Below, piece by piece: positions 35,213-39,535 of a stretch of 40,610 bases of DNA (positions within the stretch are counted from its first letter, which is position 1; each line of letters begins with the position of its first letter). The notes under the pieces are model-generated. The model was not told the DNA's origin and did no database searches. It saw nothing but the letters and a program-made list of their open reading frames with translations. The position numbers and the translations under genes were made by a program. Source of the DNA: a virus; IMG/VR virus record IMGVR_UViG_3300048578_000013, positions 1 through 40,610 of that record. One strand, given 5' to 3'.

Positions 35213-35666
35213 GTTTAGGTTCTACCTCTGTAGGATTATCACTAGTGATTCTTACGGTCGGTGTTTCGCTCTTAGCTAGTGAGCGCCCTTCCGTAAGATT
35301 TTGAATAACGACCTTGACTGAGTTATCGCGGGTGTCGGCCGGGTCATCGTGCTTAGGCGTGCTGAGTAGTTTATCTAGCAGTACCCGCATAACCTTCTCG
35401 TTACCGTCGAGGGCCATGTCTAGGGCCTTCTCGATCAGGGCCGGGGATTTCTTGGCGATAGCCACCCGTAGGCAGTCCTCAACCATCAGGCGCTCAAGGG
35501 TTATCTTGTTCCGAATTCCCTTGGTCCGGCCTTGAAGATTGCCGGAATAGCCCGCCCGGAATCGCCCGTCAGTGCCCCTAGCCTCCTCTGTGTAGGTCTT
35601 GAGGGTAGTGGGGTCTACTGGTAGTAGTTCTCCCTCTACCGGCTCTGTAACGTCTGTATCAGTCAT
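35202..35666 (-). CDS. Terminase small subunit-like protein (DUF5681-like motif)
   Basis: FRAGYSGNLQGRTKGIRNK resembles the GxSGNPxGRPKG motif. ATG 35666 with SD GGGGAG preferred over track start 35756. Confidence 0.5.
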   Translation of the reverse strand: MTDTDVTEPVEGELLPVDPTTLKTYTEEARGTDGRFRAGYSGNLQGRTKGIRNKITLERLMVEDCLRVAIAKKSPALIEKALDMALDGNEKVMRVLLDKLLSTPKHDDPADTRDNSVKVVIQNLTEGRSLAKSETPTVRITSDNPTEVEPKHEA

Positions 35667-35684
35667 GTTCTTCGGCTCCCCTAG

Positions 35685-35721
35685 AGAAAATAAGAGGGGG
35701 CCGGGAACATGCCCGGCCCCC
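35685..35721 (-). terminator. Intrinsic terminator at the 3' end of the tRNA array
   Basis: On the minus strand: GGGGGCCGGG-loop-CCCGGCCCCC (10 bp) followed by TCTTATTTTCTCT. Confidence 0.6.
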
Positions 35722-35817
35722 GGCCGCCCGGCGCAAGGGGAGGAGGAATGCGCCATCAGCGGCCAAACTAGCCCGTTGCCAAGTCCATTGACTTGCGGGT
35801 CTTCTTTCTCCCCGATA

Positions 35818-35894
35818 TGGCACCCCCGGTAGGAGTCGAACCCACGCGCTTGACGTTCGTGGCGTCAGCCCCGAAAAGCCATCGGGCCGGAGGC
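35818..35894 (-). tRNA. tRNA-Arg(ACG), atypical C33
   Basis: Acceptor GCCTCCG/CGGGGGT (2 GU), AC arm TGACG-CCACGAA-CGTCA, T arm GTGGG-TTCGACT-CCTAC, D-loop with GG, encoded CCA. Confidence 0.55.
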
Positions 35895-35900
35895 ATAGTC

Positions 35901-35979
35901 TGGTACGCCCTGTAGGATTTGAACCCACGTAAGGCCGGGTAGAAACCGGCTGCCTGAGTCCGGGCTAGGCTAAGGGCGC
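35901..35979 (-). tRNA. tRNA-Arg(TCT)
   Basis: AC arm GCCGG-TTTCTAC-CCGGC, D arm GCCT/AGGC with GG, T-loop TTCAAAT, G1-U72, encoded CCA. Confidence 0.8.
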
Positions 35980-35986
35980 ATAAGTT

Positions 35987-36064
35987 TGGAGCGGAATACG
36001 GGAATCGAACCCGTACCTTACGGTTTGGAAGACCGACGCGCTAGCCGTTGAACACCAATTCCGC
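35987..36064 (-). tRNA. tRNA-Gly(TCC)
   Basis: Perfect acceptor GCGGAAT, AC loop CTTCCAA, T arm ACGGG-TTCGATT-CCCGT, D-loop with GG, CCA. Confidence 0.8.
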
Positions 36065-36070
36065 TTTGTG

Positions 36071-36146
36071 TGGTACCTCGTGTAGGAATCGCACCCACAT
36101 CACTTCGCTTAAAAGGCGAGTCTCTGTCTTGCTGAGTTAACGAGGC
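36071..36146 (-). tRNA. tRNA-Lys(TTT), G55 class
   Basis: AC loop CTTTTAA, T arm GTGGG-TGCGATT-CCTAC, D-loop AGCAAGACA without GG, G1-U72, CCA. Confidence 0.6.
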
Positions 36147-36153
36147 ATTATCT

Positions 36154-36228
36154 TGGTGGGCTGCCTAGGGCTCGCGCCTAGCTCTGGAGGTTAAGAGCCA
36201 ACTGCATCGCTATCTATGCTTGCAGCCC
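36154..36228 (-). tRNA. tRNA-like, best anticodon CTT (Lys?), G55 class; possibly degenerate
   Basis: Perfect acceptor GGGCTGC, T arm CTAGG-CGCGAGC-CCTAG, D arm GCAT-AGATAGCG-ATGC. The AC stem has 2 mismatches. Confidence 0.4.
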
Positions 36229-36234
36229 GGAGTT

Positions 36235-36327
36235 TGGTTGCCCTGCGCGGACTCGCACCGCGACCGCGCTCTAATCTGGAGCTACAGGGCTTATAAGGCC
36301 CTCTGTGCTGCTTTACACCACAGGGCT
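36235..36327 (-). tRNA. Long-arm tRNA with anticodon TAT (93 nt), G55 class; identity ambiguous
   Basis: AC arm AGGGC-CTTATAA-GCCCT, ~23-nt variable arm (GCTC-CAGATTA-GAGC), T arm CGCGG-TGCGAGT-CCGCG, A73, A1-A72 mismatch, CCA. Confidence 0.45.
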
Positions 36328-36328
36328 A

Positions 36329-36404
36329 TGGTGCTGCCCCTCCGTTACGCTCGGAGCCATGGCGCTCTTCAGGCGCCCGCTTCCACTAGGTTAGCTTGGG
36401 CAGC
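36329..36404 (-). tRNA. tRNA-Phe(GAA), G55 class
   Basis: Perfect acceptor GCTGCCC, AC arm GGCGC-CTGAAGA-GCGCC, T arm CTCCG-AGCGTAA-CGGAG, CCA. Confidence 0.65.
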
Positions 36405-36413
36405 AATACTAGT

Positions 36414-36725
36414 CTACTCGAATTCTGCCGTATCGTGGAACTGCTTTAGCTGATGTCCGATAGAATCGACAAACTTCTCGTCCGTGTAACTTTTGTGGTT
36501 AGCCACCCAGAGGATTGCGTGGGCTACCTCGTGCCAGAACGCTTGCATGGCTACAGATCGCTTTAGCCTACGGGTTGGTGCCAGTACATAGATAGACAGG
36601 GTATCCGGGTGAAAATACCCGTATGCTTCCTGCCCCCCGGTCAGCTTTACCATTTCCTCAAGGGAAATCTTCTTGACCGTAAATGTATGGCTGCCTAGCT
36701 GGAAGCTAGACGGAATCCTCCGCAT
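36414..36725 (-). CDS. Small HExxH zinc-metallopeptidase-like protein (103 aa) embedded in the tRNA array
   Basis: FWHEVAHAILW motif with downstream Glu (TDEKF). SD GGGGGAG 9 nt upstream. Flanked by tRNA-Asn and tRNA-Phe. Confidence 0.6.
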   Translation of the reverse strand: MRRIPSSFQLGSHTFTVKKISLEEMVKLTGGQEAYGYFHPDTLSIYVLAPTRRLKRSVAMQAFWHEVAHAILWVANHKSYTDEKFVDSIGHQLKQFHDTAEFE

Positions 36726-36745
36726 GGCGTTTTGCTCCCCCTTGA

Positions 36746-36820
36746 TGGCTGTAGCTCTAGGAATCGAACCTAGCTCGCATCCGTTAACAGCGGAGCCGCA
36801 CGCCCTGTGCGTTAGCTACA
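36746..36820 (-). tRNA. tRNA-Asn(GTT)
   Basis: Perfect acceptor TGTAGCT (U1-A72 as in bacterial Asn), AC loop CTGTTAA, T arm CTAGG-TTCGATT-CCTAG, D arm CGCA-CAGGGCG-TGCG, CCA. Confidence 0.8.
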
Positions 36821-36826
36821 ATTGTC

Positions 36827-36900
36827 TGGATGGTCCTCTACGACTCGCACGTAGATTCACGGTTTCAAAGACCGCTGTCCTGCTGTTAGACGAAGGACCA
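36827..36900 (-). tRNA. tRNA-Gln(TTG), G55 class
   Basis: Perfect acceptor TGGTCCT (U1-A72), AC loop CTTTGAA, T arm CTACG-TGCGAGT-CGTAG, D-loop TAACAGCAG without GG, CCA. Confidence 0.65.
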
Positions 36901-36904
36901 GATT

Positions 36905-36979
36905 TGGCTGATTCCCTAGGTCTTGCACCTAGATTTTCCACTTTCAGAGAATGGAGTCCTACTGTTAGACGAGGAATCA
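36905..36979 (-). tRNA. tRNA-Gln(CTG), G55 class
   Basis: Perfect acceptor TGATTCC, AC arm CCATT-CTCTGAA-AGTGG, T arm CTAGG-TGCAAGA-CCTAG. The D arm is paralogous to that of Gln(TTG). Confidence 0.65.
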
Positions 36980-36986
36980 ACATATT

Positions 36987-37058
36987 TGGCAAAGCGACTA
37001 CGAGTTGCACGCAGCTTTCCAGTTTTGGAGACTGGTACCTCACTCCGAGGATCGCCTT
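36987..37058 (-). tRNA. tRNA-Trp(CCA), G55 class
   Basis: AC arm CCAGT-CTCCAAA-ACTGG, T-loop TGCAACT (stem has 1 mismatch), short D arm CCTC-GGAGT-GAGG, A1-U72, CCA. Confidence 0.6.
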
Positions 37059-37064
37059 GTAATA

Positions 37065-37152
37065 TGGTGCAGCATCTTGGAGTCGAACCAAGCAGGCCCG
37101 CTAAGACAACTGGTTTACAGCCAGTTCGGGGTCCGTCCCCGGCTAATGCTAC
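37065..37152 (-). tRNA. tRNA-Tyr(GTA), long variable arm
   Basis: AC arm ACTGG-CTGTAAA-CCAGT, 16-nt variable region, T arm CTTGG-TTCGACT-CCAAG, CCA. Confidence 0.75.
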
Positions 37153-37156
37153 AATC

Positions 37157-37228
37157 TGGGGTGACTAGAGGGTACTGCCCCCTCCGTGGCTCGGTCACAG
37201 CGGGCGTAGCGCCTTGCGCCTAATCACC
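37157..37228 (-). tRNA. tRNA-His(GTG) with encoded G-1, G55 class, mini D-arm
   Basis: AC loop CTGTGAC, extra 5' G opposite C73, T arm GAGGG-GGCAGTA-CCCTC, D arm reduced to GCGC-AAG-GCGC, CCA. Confidence 0.6.
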
Positions 37229-37233
37229 ATAAT

Positions 37234-37310
37234 TGGAGCCTCTGGCCTCGACTTGCACGGGCCGTCTCCTCTTTACAAGAGAGGTACATCGCTATCAATG
37301 TTTCAGAGGC
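37234..37310 (-). tRNA. tRNA-Thr(TGT), G55 class
   Basis: Perfect acceptor GCCTCTG, AC arm CCTCT-CTTGTAA-AGAGG, D arm ACAT-TGATAGCG-ATGT, T-loop TGCAAGT with a bulged stem, CCA. Confidence 0.6.
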
Positions 37311-37318
37311 ATTGATCT

Positions 37319-37393
37319 TGGAGTATCGGGCCAGAATTGCACTGGCATAGATGCGGGTTGCAGCCGATCGCCTAGCTATTCAGCCACCGATAC
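37319..37393 (-). tRNA. tRNA-Cys(GCA)-like, G55 class
   Basis: Perfect acceptor GTATCGG, T arm GCCAG-TGCAATT-CTGGC, AC loop CTGCAAC but only a 3-bp AC stem, reduced D arm. Confidence 0.5.
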
Positions 37394-37394
37394 G

Positions 37395-37471
37395 TGGTAC
37401 ACCTACAGGGTGCTGCCCCCTGTCCAACGGGTTGAAAGCCCGCTATCCTAGCTATCGTAGACGATAGGTGC
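37395..37471 (-). tRNA. tRNA-Glu(TTC), G55 class
   Basis: AC arm GCGGG-CTTTCAA-CCCGT, T arm CAGGG-GGCAGCA-CCCTG, D-loop ACGATAGCT without GG, G1-U72, CCA. Confidence 0.6.
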
Positions 37472-37482
37472 ATCTACTGAAA

Positions 37483-37557
37483 TGGTGGACCGTTTGGGAA
37501 TCGCACCCAACAGGCTAGAATCTTGCAAGGATTCTCCGGGTTCCTAGCCCACAGCCC
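37483..37557 (-). tRNA. tRNA-Ala(TGC) with G3-U70, G55 class
   Basis: Acceptor GGGCTGT/ACGGTCC gives G3-U70. AC arm GAATC-CTTGCAA-GATTC, T arm TTGGG-TGCGATT-CCCAA, short D region, CCA. Confidence 0.65.
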
Positions 37558-37562
37558 AAGTA

Positions 37563-37651
37563 TGGCGGAGAGTAGTGTACTCGAAACACACACGGCTTTA
37601 CCGTGCCCTCTGTTTAGCAAACAGGTCAAGCCCCTAGCTTGTTTGCTCTCC
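37563..37651 (-). tRNA. tRNA-Ser(GCT), long variable arm
   Basis: Acceptor GGAGAGC, AC loop TTGCTAA, variable hairpin CACGG-TAAAG-CCGTG, D arm CAAG-CTAGGGG-CTTG, T-loop TTCGAGT, CCA. Confidence 0.75.
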
Positions 37652-37652
37652 G

Positions 37653-37730
37653 TGGTACGCCCTCCCGGATTCGAGCCGGGAAACATTAGGGTTTGAGCCT
37701 AACAGGTATGCCTATTCCCGTCAAGGGCGC
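37653..37730 (-). tRNA. tRNA with anticodon CAA (Leu codon UUG) but a short variable loop
   Basis: AC arm TTAGG-CTCAAAC-CCTAA, 5-nt variable loop, T arm CCCGG-CTCGAAT-CCGGG. The acceptor is identical to that of Arg(TCT). A73, CCA. Confidence 0.55.
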
Positions 37731-37735
37731 ATTAC

Positions 37736-37807
37736 TGGTACCGTATTAGAGGATTGAACTCTAGCCAGCAGCTTTGTAAGAGCCACGTCCGGCCCACCGG
37801 CTACGGT
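37736..37807 (-). tRNA. tRNA-Val(TAC)
   Basis: AC arm TGGCT-CTTACAA-AGCTG (2 GU), T arm TAGAG-TTCAATC-CTCTA, compact D arm CCGG-TGGG-CCGG, CCA. Confidence 0.65.
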
Positions 37808-37813
37808 ATAATG

Positions 37814-37904
37814 TGGCGGAAGCTACAGGGGTCGAACCTGTACGGGGGTACTAGCCCCTTCCCTGTTTTCAAGACAGATGAGCACGCCAGCTTTGCGAGC
37901 TTCC
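37814..37904 (-). tRNA. tRNA-Ser(TGA), long variable arm
   Basis: Perfect acceptor GGAAGCT, AC loop CTTGAAA, long variable arm, T arm ACAGG-TTCGACC-CCTGT, CCA. Confidence 0.75.
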
Positions 37905-37910
37905 ATTATT

Positions 37911-37984
37911 TGGCGACCCTTACGGGAATCGAACCCGTCTCGCCGAATAGACAGTTCGGCAGCCTCACCAGATGCTTAAAGAGC
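37911..37984 (-). tRNA. tRNA-Asp(GTC), atypical U37
   Basis: AC arm CCGAA-CTGTCTA-TTCGG, T arm ACGGG-TTCGATT-CCCGT. The acceptor has 1 mismatch and 2 GU. CCA. Confidence 0.6.
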
Positions 37985-37986
37985 CG

Positions 37987-38062
37987 TGGTAGCCGTTCTG
38001 GGAATCGAACCCAGTACCGCAAGGTTATCAGCCCTGTGCTCATCCTTATGAGCTTTACGGCT
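37987..38062 (-). tRNA. tRNA-Ile(GAT)
   Basis: AC arm CAGGG-CTGATAA-CCTTG, D arm GCTC-ATAAGGAT-GAGC, T arm CTGGG-TTCGATT-CCCAG, CCA. Confidence 0.8.
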
Positions 38063-38066
38063 AAAT

Positions 38067-38140
38067 TGGTCTCCAGCCGAGGAATCGAACCCCGCTAGCT
38101 GCGCCCCAAACGCAGTGCCCAGCCACTAGGCCAGCCAGAG
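38067..38140 (-). tRNA. tRNA-Pro(TGG)
   Basis: C1-G72, AC arm CTGCG-TTTGGGG-CGCAG (G37), T arm CGGGG-TTCGATT-CCTCG, D-loop with GG, CCA. Confidence 0.8.
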
Positions 38141-38142
38141 AT

Positions 38143-38218
38143 TGGAAGCGGGAGTGGGATTTGCGCCCACGACCTCCGGGTTATGAGCCCGGCGAACTGC
38201 TAACTGTTCTATCCCGCT
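38143..38218 (-). tRNA. tRNA-Met(CAT) (initiator, elongator or Ile2 not distinguishable), G55 class
   Basis: Perfect acceptor AGCGGGA, AC arm CCGGG-CTCATAA-CCCGG, D arm GAAC-AGTTAGCA-GTTC, T arm GTGGG-CGCAAAT-CCCAC, CCA. Confidence 0.65.
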
Positions 38219-38225
38219 ATAAAGT

Positions 38226-38310
38226 TGGTACCCCGCACAGGCATCGAACCTGCATGCCCGAAGGCGCTACGTTCTAAGCGTAGTGTGTCTGCCAATTCCA
38301 CCAACGGGGC
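38226..38310 (-). tRNA. tRNA-Leu(TAG), long variable arm
   Basis: AC arm CTACG-CTTAGAA-CGTAG, variable hairpin GCC-TTCG-GGC, D-loop AATTGGCAGAC (E. coli Leu-like), T-loop TTCGATG, CCA. Confidence 0.8.
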
Positions 38311-38323
38311 ACAAACCCACGTA

Positions 38324-38725
38324 TCAGGTACTCTTGCACCCCGTCTTTAGCTCAATCTTCCGAAAGGGCGCGTTTGTGAGCTTTCCGTATTGAAGGGCCT
38401 CATAGGCGGCTACTGCCGTCTCGTCGATTCCGGGCATGATAACCTGAACGAAGAACCCCTTATCTCCAATCAGTTCTACCGCAATAGGATTCCCGCAGTA
38501 GGAGAACCCGATAACGGCCTTGATGTCTCCCAGAGTAGCCAATTCTCCCGTAGACGCTATCGCAAGAGGCCGGTAAGTGTCCGGTTCGATGATTATATCC
38601 CCCGATGGGGTGCTGCCAATCCGGCTTTTCTGGGTAGCTTCTACCGTGATCTTGGCTGCCAGCCACAAAGCCCCTAGGGATATGGCTAGGGATATGATAC
38701 CCAGAACTAGGGCTTTCTTAATCAT
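38324..38725 (-). CDS. Signal-anchored/secreted protein, unknown function (133 aa)
   Basis: N-terminal hydrophobic segment ALVLGIISLAISLGALWLAA. Lies immediately upstream (in transcription) of the tRNA array. Confidence 0.55.
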   Translation of the reverse strand: MIKKALVLGIISLAISLGALWLAAKITVEATQKSRIGSTPSGDIIIEPDTYRPLAIASTGELATLGDIKAVIGFSYCGNPIAVELIGDKGFFVQVIMPGIDETAVAAYEALQYGKLTNAPFRKIELKTGCKST

Positions 38726-38802
38726 ATTGTTCCCCCCTTATCATCTCCTCCGGAGAGAGCCAAAATGACTCCTACGATCAAAGCAATGCCAAACCATCCC
38801 AT
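38722..38802 (-). CDS. Possible 26-aa TM micro-protein; below the track cutoff
   Basis: My translation is MGWFGIALIVGVILALSGGDDKGGTI. SD GGGAGGA 6 nt upstream and ATGA coupling to the next gene. Confidence 0.4.
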   Translation of the reverse strand: MGWFGIALIVGVILALSGGDDKGGTI

Positions 38803-38803
38803 A

Positions 38804-39220
38804 CTATCCTCCCTTTTTACCCTTCTTGGGTTTTGCGGAGGTATTCAGGGTAGTAGAAGCGATATCCGGAGTCCCGGCTGTTTCTACTTCGGGCTGTTGG
38901 GCAGCCTCGGGGGGGCCTGAATCCTCGTTCGTCTTGGGCGGAACCCAGTTTCGGTTATTCCATGCCCGTGTAATGTCTTCCTTTAGCCGTTCGTGATACT
39001 CTTGCTGGGATTCTGTGTTCTTTCTGGCAAGTACCGGATACACGTAAAAGGGAGTCTCCTCCCCGTTCTGGTACACAGCCACTACCCTGTCCGGAGAATT
39101 CATGGTATTAGCCCCACAAATCTCAAACTTGTGGTTAGCCTTTAGAATATTACGGAATGTAGTAGTCAGAACCCCATTATCACAAGCAATCTCAAAGAAT
39201 GTGTACCGGCTGTAGATCAT
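38804..39220 (-). CDS. Hypothetical early protein (138 aa)
   Basis: ATG 39220 with SD GGGGAGGGG, preferred over track TTG 39244. Lys-rich C-terminal tail. Confidence 0.55.
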   Translation of the reverse strand: MIYSRYTFFEIACDNGVLTTTFRNILKANHKFEICGANTMNSPDRVVAVYQNGEETPFYVYPVLARKNTESQQEYHERLKEDITRAWNNRNWVPPKTNEDSGPPEAAQQPEVETAGTPDIASTTLNTSAKPKKGKKGG

Positions 39221-39265
39221 GGTCCCGTATCCCCTCCCCCACAAGAATATTTTACGTACAGTAGT

Positions 39266-39294
39266 ATTCTAACTTATCCGTTACACAATGTCAA
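39266..39294 (-). promoter_or_regulatory. Sigma70-like promoter TTGACA-17-TAGAAT (leftward, proximal)
   Basis: The minus strand reads TTGACA ttgtgtaacggataagt TAGAAT. It lies ~45 nt upstream of the 39220 start. Confidence 0.55.
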
Positions 39295-39385
39295 GAACTA
39301 TTACAGGATACGAGGCTCGCTAGAGCCGAGTCCCATGGAATGGTACTCGTCTCACTCGCCTCGTCCATAGTCCGGTCCCGTACTC

Positions 39386-39405
39386 GGCGGCCCCCCAAGG
39401 CCGCC
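39386..39405. repeat. GC hairpin GGCGGCC-CCCCAA-GGCCGCC; first of three CCCC(T)CAAGG(G) elements
   Basis: 7-bp stem. Related elements sit at 39437-39446 (CCCCCAAGGG) and 39498-39513 (GCCCCC-TCAA-GGGGGC). Confidence 0.7.
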
Positions 39406-39535
39406 TCGTCTTCCTACTTTATACTAGGCGGAGCGACCCCCAAGGGAGCGACGCATCTACCCCCATCCGCATCCGGGCCTGTGGCCCGTCTGCTCCCGCC
39501 CCCTCAAGGGGGCCTATTCTCTAGTAGTACCGTCA

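Noticed and set aside
35846-35870. Hairpin TGACG-TTCGTGG-CGTCA read on the plus strand as a tRNA-Thr(CGT) anticodon arm
   Set aside because: No plus-strand T-arm or acceptor pairing can be built. On the minus strand the same hairpin fits a complete cloverleaf with encoded CCA.
35659-38098. Track ORFs crossing the tRNA array (35659-35928-, 36220-36453+, 36673-37062+, 36816-37091-, 36923-37168+, 37005-37223+, 37233-37451+, 37474-37686-, 37754-38098+)
   Set aside because: They run straight through back-to-back cloverleaf genes, have no SD sequences and have odd composition. They are explained by the tRNA genes.
35818-38310. Suppressor tRNAs or alternative genetic code
   Set aside because: No anticodon CUA, UCA or UUA was found. 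All major genes are intact ORFs under the standard code.
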